Part shown: piece by piece, positions 40,801 to 52,700 of the stretch | How positions within the stretch are numbered: the first letter of the stretch is position 1 | Layout of the letters: each line of letters begins with the position of its first letter | Source: Bugula neritina | Lineage: Eukaryota; Animalia; Bryozoa | Reading direction: 5' to 3' | Assembly: GCA_964035545.1 (NCBI GenBank) | Contig: OZ037766.1 | Location: forward strand, 13,258,722-13,322,721 | Length of the DNA: 64,000 nt | The notes under the pieces: generated by a model | Seen by the model: only the letters and a program-made list of their open reading frames with translations | Databases searched by the model: none | What the model was told of the DNA's origin: nothing | Program-made: the position numbers and the translations under genes

Positions 40801-42260
40801 ACAACATCCCCTTCTTTTTTCTATATGCATGCACTTATTTTCTTTCAATCTTGTAACTATTTTTAAATATGTTTAGTATACGTAGAAACACAAAAACGAA
40901 TTTGTCATTATCGAACAAGAAATAGAATCATACTATTCTATTGGTTTGGCTCTTGCAACACTTTTGGTAACAAAGTATAAAGTTTAATTAGTTTTGAAAA
41001 ACAGTCACCAAGCAGTGGTAAAATAGACATGTGTGCATTACGAATTACAAAATATACAATCATAAACAGCCTGACCTGTTTCTCTAGATACATGTGTCGT
41101 ATTCTTCTCCATCTTGATTCATTCGAATGCTGCACGTACATGTCGATACAGTATTGAAGGTTCACACTTCTCCAATAGTCCTTACTGGTATCTTCATCCG
41201 GAATACTTTCTTTTGAACCATTTTCAATCAGCTGATTAGAGTTATCGCTAAATTTAACTACACTTTTTCTTTGAAAATTAGGAATTCGGCCATTTGGCTT
41301 TCGGACTTTGTCTTTGCTTATTCTAGCATTTCCAAGTCGCTTAACTTCCCAAGTAAAACTAGTCTCTTGGTGTAGCCCATCAGGTACGTATGCCCTGTTG
41401 CTATGTCCATGACTTTCAACTGGCGCATCTTTCATCTCCAGCTTTTCTGATGGTGCTCTGTAAAGCTTGTCATTAGATGCTGGCATTGCCTCCTCCCGGT
41501 CTCCATTTTTCTTTACTCTCTGAGGGTACTGCCTGGTCTCATGGTTACCAGCGTCTGTAGAACACAGTGATGTTTGACTGCCAGCACGATGACTGATTCC
41601 CTCAACTGTATCAGTAAATATGGAGCTTTCAAAGCTACTAGCTGGTGATAGAAGTGAGGCAGATGAGCATGAGAATATTGGTGAATCTGCTCTTTCATTC
41701 TCTCCTGTTAAGACTCGCTGTCTTATCTGATACATCTAAAGTTACAATCTACGTTTCTTTAAATTATGTATGAAATGTATATATGCATTTATATGCTAAG
41801 CACAAAACTATTTGAAAATGCTTTATCTTTGTAGTTATAGATATGCCAATAAATTAGAATAAATATTTTTGTTTTTATGATTAAATAAATAAATATATCA
41901 TAGATATCATATTGCGAAAACACCTAAGCAACATTGGCTGTTATATTTTCATTGTATCGTATTATAGGCAGGAAAAGGTTAATTTTGTAACCTATGAAAA
42001 GTATTAATATGCAGAATATGTTCTGAAGTTGTGTATTGTAGTGCATTCTGGTTTAAGTATCCATATTATTTTGTTACATTTCCCTATCTTTTTTTATATA
42101 AGCTGGAAACGCCTAGTTTTTTACAATTTCAAGAGCTAGACTTGATTTTTAGTGTAAATTAAAGCATATTTACTTTGTTTTACTATATGATCAGTAGTTC
42201 ACTTACCCTGAATAGCATCTCGCAGTTATTGATAAATATCGTCCAGCTTAGCTGGTCCAT
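37879..42260 (-). CDS. SPRYD3-like SPRY-domain protein (~433 aa); exons 42260-42207 (start tentative), 41735-41076, 40356-40198, 39346-39289, 38710-38648, 38404-38259, 38040-37879
   Basis: Spliced translation: FAQGKFPLNPSNYYFTVQLLNPGLENYVAIGLASK-SYPCFQMPGWVGTSVGYHADDGRLY..FGPTLQAGDEVGCGVLF...IFITVNNQLIG..LYPTIGLLSEGATVEVNL, typical of SPRYD3/RanBP9-type SPRY. Phases are consistent; tentative ATG lies in an acagccATGg context. Confidence 0.8.
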
Positions 42261-43002
42261 GGCTGTTAATTAGTACCAACACTCTCTAGGACACATACTG
42301 TGGGGGCACGAAGAGTTGGAGATGTGATTGAGTACAATACAACTGAGCCAATAATATAGAACATGTTCTAGCCTGTAGCTGCAGGGAAAGTATAACACAT
42401 GTGGGTAATACAATTATTTTACTTGTTTTACCAAATATGATAGGGCATGTATTTTATTAAATACATACGCAATTAAGCATTATTTATAAATAGTAAGGGC
42501 TTATTCTACATTTCAGTCAAAATGTGGGCTGATTGTTGTGACTATATTGTTTTTATTAAAGGAAGTATTGCACTGAGAACTGGCATAGTTTACAATAAAA
42601 TTACTATAGATCATTTATCAGTGCTAGTTTGAAATTTGAAATATTGAGTTATACATAAACTATGCTGAATAATGTAATTATTGCTTTATCTAGTTTATTT
42701 ATATTGTGTGTTAGATTTGGGTAATTCAATTTATTGTATGCATCAATCAATACACGCTTATAAACCTAACATATAACTGGAAAACAATACACAGTCATAA
42801 TGAAGCTAATCAAATAGCATATATACATAACATTACATAAATAAAAATTAGCTGAAAGCTCATCCTTCTACGTACTGTACTAAAAATGAAATCTGGTTTG
42901 TTTTGAATAAAGAGCAGAGGAATCTATTCCAAGATCATTCACAATATCATTTAGTGCATCAAATCTCTAGAAAAAAACTCTTAGGGATGATCTATTCACG
43001 TA

Positions 43003-43190
43003 GGTTTATAGTCTATAACTATAAACCCCTGATGTAAAGGGTGTTTTAAAGCAGGCTAAGGACTTGTTTTCTGTTGTGCCGTGCAGGAGCAATTATGATT
43101 GGATGCTCTTCCTAACATCACCAATGGCCTTTACTCGGACTTGAAACTGACCTTGTGTGACCTTGTGAGCCAGTGCTCTAACCAATAGGA
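43003..43190 (-). mobile_element. tRNA-derived SINE, copy 4 (more diverged)
   Basis: gtttatagtc...aaacccctgatg...aagcaggctaaggacttg...caggagcaattatgattggatgctcttcctaacatcaccaatgg. Confidence 0.8.
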
Positions 43191-44740
43191 TTGGTTTGCA
43201 TCTACTACATATTCCATTATAAATATACTGAACGCTAAAACCATACTCATCAAAGTCAATGTTTAAAATATTTATTTCCTAGTGTATATCAATAATATTG
43301 GGACTTCTCCCAATTGTTACATACTAGTAATCTAGTGGATATGAATAAGTTTGAAGCAGGTTAGCCTGATGGCACAGGGAGTTGTGTTGTCTTGCTCACA
43401 AACTCAAATTGTTGGATGACGGCTCTTGCAGCTACCCTTATGCAAAATATATATCGGCAAATCAGCATAAACATAAAACACCATAAAACAATCTATATTA
43501 TCAGTTACAATAGTTTAGTACAGTAAATATAATGTGTAAGCAACTGCTGTAAAAACAATTTATTGCTATATTGTCACTTAAATGTATATAATATAGCTAT
43601 GTGCATACCATATGATGTAATGAAATTTGATGTGAGAAGAAATTTTCTGATAGATTATAGGATAACATGAATATTTTCTACTTTATCTAAAATAGCTGCA
43701 GTAAACCAGTTTAAACAGGATTCATGTCATGTGACAGACACATAGTCTGTGTTTTATCATCTTATTAAAGTCAAACTTAGCCTGTCTTCTATTGTTTTAT
43801 CAAAGAAAATATAAATACAGTGATTGATTACATGACTTAATTTTCATATCCTCTGATAGAACACAGCTTATATTTGTGACTCCCAGCTGTTTATAATTCA
43901 ATGTTCTTTGTATAAACTTCAATATTGAATATTTGTTTTGTTGAAAACTCAAATTTCAAACCAGAAATATTTGACTGAAAGAAATGATGTTGAGTATTTA
44001 TCATTATTTCCTGTTTACTGCCAGTATTTTATTCTATTGTTATATTAATTCATCTAAATAATATAAAGCAGCATTATTCTATCTGTAATTGACTGCTTGT
44101 GGATGTAGTTTATTTAATTTAGTTTTAGTTTGTTAGAAAGTGATACTTTCCTAAACCAAACAGATGTTGATATTCAACTAGTCAGTATTATTTATAAGGT
44201 CTATAAACTGACACAAAGAAGTAAGTCAACAGTAGACTGGTGGAGTATTTTTAGTGCTGATATTCAGCAAAGATAATTAAACCATGATAGTATTATGTAG
44301 TAATATGGACACAAACCAATGCTATTCTCATACTCTCTATTGATTCTGGTATCAAAAATAGTAGTAATAGTATAGTGTGCTGTAGATACTAATAAAATAT
44401 ATAATATTGCAAGCATTCAAGTTTTGTTTTAACTCTAAATTGAGTTCATATCGTATGATCTAAATCTCTCACATATAGAGTAATATACTTTAAAATAATT
44501 AGTAAAAACAGTTAGAACAAAAGTGTAATTATCAATATAACTAAAGTATGCTAAGTATACATACATTGTTTTTTGTTGATACATATGAAGTTGCTAATAT
44601 TCATATGGCAGGTAAAATACGTCAAAAATAAATAGCTATATAGAGAATGATATAGTTTCCCAAATAGCAAGGAACTTGTTTTGTATTTCTTTCTTTTCTT
44701 TTGTTTGTCAGCCATGTTTAACTGATGTCTCCAGTGGAAG

Positions 44741-47350
44741 TTAGCTACAGAGGTCATTGCCAGAGTCGTATCTCAGTGTTTTATCAGCACATGTAGAGAA
44801 CAGCAGAAAGTGTATTTTCTCTCCTCTGGTATTTGGTTTTGCTTCAACAGTCCTGGAAGATGCACCCAGTAAATATTATAAAGAAAGAAATATGACATAC
44901 TGTAAAAACAGTGACAACTGCAATCTAATATTGTGCATTCTTTCTAAATTTGTTTTTAATCTCAAAGCAAGTGTGAAATCAATATTTTACAACATTTTTA
45001 CATTTTACGGTAAAAGAAGTGATTCTTCAGCAAGGTTTAAGAAAACCTCTTCTACATATGTATGTTCTTCAAGAGGTCTTCAGAGAAATAAATAACTCAC
45101 GGCTGTCTGAATGTCTGAAACTCAACTTCTGAATATTCTGTCTCGTGACCAACCAGTCTCTCTCTCAGTTCATCTCTTAGTTTATTAGGAACCATCTTAG
45201 TGACTACAGAGAAGGTCTTGTCAGTTGGCCAATAGACTTTCAGCTCATTATTCGCACACGTATACCAAGTTTCTATCTCAGAAGACATGTTGCAGTCTAA
45301 ACAAAATAATTAGGTATTCTATTTTAAATGTTGATAATATTTTTATTGCTTACTAAAATTACGGACGAAATAATAATAAAATTACCATAAGCACAGATTG
45401 TTTGAAGGTTACTATTTTGCTGAGATATAGAAGCTTTCAGGGACATCCTGTTGTATGCATTCTTCACAAGATGACAAGAAACATCATATCTACTCACAAA
45501 CATCAGTCTCCTTACTATTGGTGACTCTGTACAGAAACATAGATGAAACATGTGATACAATATAATCTCTGTTTAAATTACAAATAGAAAGCTTTCTACT
45601 ATAATGTGATTGACTGACAATACAGCACAATAATAATATAGAGCGACTCATGTGTATCTATGGAATTTGGCAAAGAACTTGGGTAAATTGCTAGAAATAT
45701 TGAGAAAAAACATTTTAGTTAAATGCTATTAACAATATGACCTACTCAAAACATTGATGTCGTAAACAGAACACTGATTAAAGAACTTGTGACTTCCTTC
45801 AGAAAGATATGCTGCGTAGGAACATCCTGGTAGAGTGTAGTTAGTCTTATTCTGTCCTGGATCCAAGTATACAGTCACATCATGTGACTCACAAATACCT
45901 GAAACAGTATGTTGAGAGAAATTCCCTGGCTATAAACTCACTTAGAGGCTAACATAGATATATATTCATAAATTCTGGTAAAGAAAGTAACTCACTTAGT
46001 GGATACAGTGGGTTAGCATGGAATTATTTACAATACAGTAGCTAATTTTTAATACATGTGATATAAGTCACAAACATTTTGATTTTGAAATGATTCCGTA
46101 CATATTCTATTTATAAGCATATTCTATGTATATGTAGTCTATATTCTCACCACTCAACTTGTAGATACCTTTGCTGCTAATACCAACATACACATCCTCT
46201 CCTACTTTCAGTATAGACCGTGGTATGGCTGGTAATTGAGAGCTGCTTGTACAGGAAGTCTCTCCATCAAAACACACAGGACCTACTTGTTTACTATTAA
46301 CATCTAATAACCTCAGTACTTTATTAAAGTCAGCAACAATATATGTTTTGTACCCAATTCTTGTTATTCCCAAAGGATAGTAAAACTTGGATGTATTGAA
46401 ACTTCCATCAACATAACCACCAGGTAATGAACCTGCTAGTTTAATGTTTGTAACAGATTCATTGTCATCACGGCTGACTTGAGATATGTAATGATTATTA
46501 CTCACAAGTAGCTTGTTGTCAGCCCAACCCAAATACTTAGGATATCTGAAACCTGTGTTAATAACAGTACTCAGTTCTCCTGTGTGAAGGTCTACAGATC
46601 TCAGTGCATGGTTATGATAGTCAGTAATTAACAACCTGCCTGGGTTTCTAATATCTATCTCAACATCATAAGGATGGGAGAGTCTAGCAATACCTACCCC
46701 ACCCTCAACATACCCTGGTCTACTACATGTTCCTGCTAAGGTACGTAAGCTGTTATCTACTCTGTCTAACATTTTAACACAATGTTTATAATAATCTGGC
46801 ATAGCTACATGAGTTTTATTCACTTGTTTGAACCCTGTAAAAGTAGTATAGTGAGCAGTCGTCAGATTAGTAGAAGTTGTCCCATCTGTAGTTTGAAGGC
46901 ATCCATCACTACTAAACAAAATACTCTCATCATCTCTGTACAGGTCCACCTCCATGTGGTAAATGATCTCATCTGTGTTAAGAAAGACCTTCGGCTTGTT
47001 CAACAAAACACTAAAAAGTACACTAAACTCTCTTAAGAACAATAAATATTCATTGGTTATTAGATTGAATATGACCGAATCGTCCAATTCAAATATTAAT
47101 AAATAAGTATATTATTAAATAGTGTTGGTTTTATTTGCATATTAAGCTCTGATGCCATCTTTATACATATTTTGGAGTTTACTAGCTGGCAGCAATAACA
47201 TAAGTTGATATACTGAATATACAAAAATGCTGTAATAGATGAGTAGTGACAATACACACTCTTGCTGTATAATCACGGTTACCTTGAATAAGGATCAGAT
47301 CTACTTTCTACCAGCTGGATGGTTAGTACCAGCATTAAACTCTGGAACAT
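44741..47350 (-). CDS. Secreted NHL-repeat / beta-propeller-like protein of unknown function (~500 aa); exons 47350-47283, 47010-46151, then tentatively 45898-45746, 45526-45413, 45296-45101, 44852-44741
   Basis: Signal-like first exon MFQSLMLVLTIQLVES splices in phase 2 into an 860-nt exon with repeated NHL-like blades (DYYKHCVKMLD, TLAGTCSRPGYVEG..ARLSHPYDV, LLITDYHNHALRSVDL, LAGSLPGGYVDGSFNTSKFYYPLGI, IVADFNKVLRLLD). Downstream exons are phase-compatible but I recognise no domain in them. Confidence 0.65.
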
Positions 47351-49723
47351 AAAATATGCACACTAATTTATTGTGTACCATAGTTATATTCAATGTGAGG
47401 TCAAAGTACATACTTTTTTGTATATAATTGATTATGCTGACTATTATTGTGAGTGATTAGATTATCTAGTAGAAGTATAATTCTAGTATTTCTTATTAGA
47501 AACTGTATCTAAATTGCAAACTATATCTAAACTGAAAATTTTCATCAAACTGACATTGACTGTAATTTAATTACTTTAAAATTGGTTTGTATATTCTATG
47601 TTTTGCATGAGAAAATTGAATTTGAATATGTACAAAACTCAATTTTAAATCAATAAAGTTATGGTGATTATAGAAAGACTGATAGGCTTACTGTGATAGA
47701 CAGCTGTTTCATAATTTCTTTTAAAGGTTGTAGATTTAAAAAATGATAAATTCTAATAATCTCCTTGTGTCTTTCTCAATATGATGCCCTGAAGTGACTG
47801 AATTCTGTTGTTGAACACTTATTTTGTACCATCTTTTAAAGGATAACATTAGCATTTGCTTCCCCAAACCTGCTATAAATTAACCCCTGGCTATACATGG
47901 CAACAACTATAATTGTTATTATATTTATTTTTCATAAGAGATCCATCTGACAGAAAAATTAAACTTGTAAAAAATTTGAAGAATGAGTATTACATGTCTA
48001 AACAGACTCTATACTGTTAATCATTGTGGAGTATAGAATTACAGTTAAACTGATTCTTGTATTTACTGCAAACCTGATACAATAATAAATGTCTGGCTAG
48101 CAGTGTAATATAACACTGAATAAACTCAAGGAACTTATTATTTAACTGCAGCTGTTACTTTTAACATGCTTTCTCAGTAAAAATTGAATTATACAAAGAA
48201 ATCAGAATATTCTATTTGCTAGTGTGGTGAATTTTGGATATTCACTGTGCTAGCTCTTCAAATAGCCAGGAGTGCTATTGGGCACATCTGTCACCGTACT
48301 GTTCGCAATGTGGCACTCAACTATATATTGGCTATCAACACAATGACATGACTGCAGTATACCATACCCTATACGCCAATCAAGAGATGCTGCACAGATA
48401 TATAATGTAGATACAATGCCCCACACAAAGAGTTGGACTTTGGAGCTATAGTTAGCGGTAGTTAGTTATACTCTTGTACTTTGACATGTATCTTTTCTAT
48501 CTTTCTTACTCTTGTAAATTGCCAAGCATGGGCATGCTTTTGTTATAAGATATAAATGTAGACTATTGGATTATAAACTCAGCAATCTCTCTCTTATGCA
48601 CAAAGAATATAATGTGCTCAAGCAGTAATTCTTACAACTACCCACGATGTAATTTTTCCGCAGCATAAATTCACACCACTATTTACTTGCATACTGCTAT
48701 TATAATAATTTTATGCATCATGAGTTTTCCAAAAATGCATTTAGGAGCAGAAGTGAAGAAATTGAGGTAGCCTAAGCTTTTAAAAATTTTGTTATGGGGC
48801 GCAAGTTAAAATTCCTGGGAGAACATATCTTCTTTTGCTGTTTTTCTAGTCTAGAACACAGTCTCTTCTCAATTCCTTCATTTCTGTACCTATACCTCCA
48901 AAAACCCCACTAATTCATAAACTTAAGTAACAGTTTTTACTTTATTTTGAGTTTTAAACCTGCTATTGTTTTTTGCAAAATACCTCCCATTGTTAGACAT
49001 ACTGTAAACTTTAGCAAGTTTTGAAGTGATTTGAAATTTCTGTATTTAGATAGAAATTCAAAGTTTGTGGAAATAATATTACAATGGTATGGTGAGCCCC
49101 TATAGCTCTATAAACACATTATATTGTAATAAAGAAAGAAATTAATATTTAATTATATAACTTGTAAAACAGATTTAATGAATATTCTTTTTACAAATTT
49201 ACAGCATAAAGGGTGAAAAACATCACCAAAAGGCACAAAGTATGTACCATGTCAAAAATTGCATAATTAGTGTATTAAGACAATAGCTATTTTGTACGTA
49301 TGAAAAAAATAAGTATCACATGATATGTGATGGAAAATGTAGTTGATGTTGAGTGGGCAATACATCTCATAAAAGGGAAAAGCTCATAACATTAGAAAAA
49401 TAAAACAGCAAACTATTCTATTAAATCTACTTAGGAGTGACTTTGATAGAGTTTTTTTCATTTGCTGTATTTGACTGTTCCTATATTAACCTTGGTCTTG
49501 CATTTGGTAGCTTGTTCTCATGATATGTGGATTCCATATTTGTCAAGGTCTTAATCCTAAACAAATAGAAAGCTCTTTATGAAAGATAATGAATGGAATC
49601 ACTCAGCTGTAACAAATACAGAAGTTGAAAACATGAACAAGCTGATAACATATGCAAAGGGATTGTAAAACTCGTGTTGCCAGCATTACATACATGACCT
49701 TCACATTGTTCAGAATGTTTATA

Positions 49724-52700
49724 CTACATGATAGAGGCAGACTTACAGCTCCGTAGACTCTCACTACGAAGCACTCTTCTTGACTTGTTATGTCTTCTAG
49801 AGTTTAGAGTGGTGGCATTAGAAGCTTCCAACACCATCTCAAGGTCATCTGGCTTTCTGGTCTTCTCTTTCTTCCCAGAAGATGACTTCTTACCAGATGA
49901 AGCAGCTGAAAACTTCATTAAGGACTGGTCTGCCAAGGGAATCAACACAACATACACTTTACTATACAATTATTGAGGTAGAACTAGTTATTACAGATAA
50001 ACCGCAGAAAATTTTAACTTTTTAATCAACTTGGAGTTAGCAATGAGGCTACCACACAGTTTGAATAAGCATAATGAAGATAGCATCTAATGAAGGTGAG
50101 AGAACATAAGCTATTGGAAAATGTGATTATAAACTCATCTGTCTATCAGATGACAGCACCTCAACAAACTAAAGATATCAACTAACCAATTGTCATCCTT
50201 TTCTTAGTTTTGGAACTCTTTAATGAGGAATCTGAAGCGTAGCCATCTTTAAGCAGACTGTGTAGTTTATCCTCAGCTCGGCTCACTTCACTTGTACTTT
50301 TCCCAATGTTCTTTGTCTGAAATGATATCCACTCATGACTCAGACAGAGAATACGATAAGCACACACATACTGTATGTACAGGTATACCACTGGCTCTAA
50401 CAACATGAATCTTAACTAATATGTCTCAGCACCAGTTATTTCAATCTTTGCTCAAGGTAGCATTTTTTGGCCAGGTTTATAATATATTTTACATTGAAAT
50501 AAAAGATTTATGATATGTGGAACACTTGTTCTGAAAATATAAAATACTGAATGAAAATTTGTAATGTTTTGTTTAAAGACCTGTGAAAATGTGATTTTTA
50601 TATTTAGAAAAATTTTCTATATTGATAATTCACCTAACAGTGACTAAAATGTGTTCAATTTTTTATTATAGAAAACACAGAAATATGCAATGCTAGTTTA
50701 AAAACCTGTTCTTATCATTTTTCCTGCTCAATTCTATCTAAAGAACAGATAACTCCACATTCTCACTCAACATTTGGTGCCAAATTTAATGAGAAAATAT
50801 GTTTTCAACAGCTGTACCAAAGAACAATAAGGAATCATAAGTATAGAAGTTACAACAAATATATGGATTACATAATTTGTACACTGTTATATGCTCTACA
50901 CCTTATTCTAATACTCAAAGGTTATATGTGATAAAGAATAAATACATACATCCACTATGGGCTTTCGCTGTTGCTGTGAACGCTGCTGCTTTTCTCTAGC
51001 TTTTTTAGTTTGAAGGGCTCGCTGGTAAAGGATCCTTTCTCTCATCACTTTGTATTCGAGAGAAAAGCCAGAAACTATCTTGCAGAATTGTTGTACTTTC
51101 AGATTTTTACAAGCAGCTGGACTTATGCCAAGATACAGGAGAAGTTTATGGTATCTAATCAACAAAACACACTCAGATAGAATGACTTTACACGATATGT
51201 GCATCACACAGTTAAAATAAATCTAGTAGAAACACTTCAGTTGCCAGTTTTGTTGCTGATATTTTGGCACAGATTTATGCCAGCCTTCAGGTAAATAAAA
51301 TTCTTATTTACCTTTTCCTATACTTGGAACATGACAAAATATTAGTAATAAGATAATCTACTATAATGTTTTTACTTTCTAGACATTAGGCAACTTGCCT
51401 GAACAAACAATTTTAATTTCAACTTCATAATTTTGATTCAATCATACTAAAAGTATGCCGGAATTGTATTTAATTTTTAATAGATACCAACTAGTAAAAA
51501 CAATTGAAAATAAATTCAAAATTTTGGCATTGAAAATAAAATAGTCAGCATTGATAGTTAACATGGTGTAATGACTTGCCATTGAGAAGATGACCATCTA
51601 TTACAGAGCAGCATGTATACCGATCAGCCTGGGATTTATAGATAAAAATAGAATAAAAAATAAGGTCTTTACCTGTTAAGCATTCTTGAATATATAGTCT
51701 TCAGTACACATATTCTTTCAGCAGATTGCATTAAAAATTCAGGAAGACTTTTCTGAATATTTTGAGCATGATGACTGTTATGCATAGCTATAACTCTGAG
51801 ATTCTCCATCGCCTGTTTACAGTCACATTCTAAACTCTTCAGCTTTTCCTCCAGCTCATCAAAGTCTTCCTACAAGATAAATATTACAGTTTAGTAAAGC
51901 ATTAGGTCTCTTGCAATATGGCCGAGAAGTTCAGAAAATAATGGCTGTCACCAAAAATATACCTTATGTAAGCCAAGCATACTTTGTTAGTAACAGCTAA
52001 GTATTATTAACAGTTTAACACTTAAAATGTATGGTTTATTATATCTCTTGAATGTAAAATGATTCTTTTCAAAAATTTGAAAAGTTTTAAATTAAAAAAA
52101 ATTGTTGTGATAGAATGAAATGTTGCTCTAACAGTCTGCAGCTCATGTCTTGCAAAAACTATATAAGCTTCAACTGAAAACATAAAAACAAACACATATC
52201 TAATTACCCGTGAGCAACGAGCTAAAGAGCTAAACTCTGTGTGGAGATCAGTGGTGTCAGGGTAGAGGTCAAGTATACTATCACACAAATGGAAGAGAAG
52301 AGACTGCTTGCGTTGCGTATCTTTCACCTCAGGTACTTTAGACAAGTAGCTTATATCAAAGCCATGACACTACAGGAAATCATTTAAACTTCAACAATAA
52401 CGAGTAACAAATAAAACTAGTTCACTGGGGTTGGTGGCCACATAAATATAAACTATTTACTGTATTTAGTAACAGATATTTGCTAGCAGTTGTATACAAT
52501 TCTATACTCTACACTATATATGGCTATACACTATACTATACTGCACTACACAATACTACACTACACTATACTACACTACACTATACTATACTACACTATA
52601 CTATACTACACTATACTATACTACACTACACTATACTATACTACACTATACTACACAATACTACACTACACTATACTATACTACACTATACTATACTACA

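Noticed and set aside
43361-43437. Exon-like GC-richer segment on the minus strand (VAARAVIQQFEFVSKTTQLPVPSG*)
   Set aside because: It could be an alternative last exon of the NHL-like gene or a UTR exon of the SPRY gene, but I cannot assign it with support.
49480-49556. Extra terminal formin exon
   Set aside because: The strong donor near 49746 is phase 1 and joining it here creates an immediate TGA, so the true C-terminus is unresolved.
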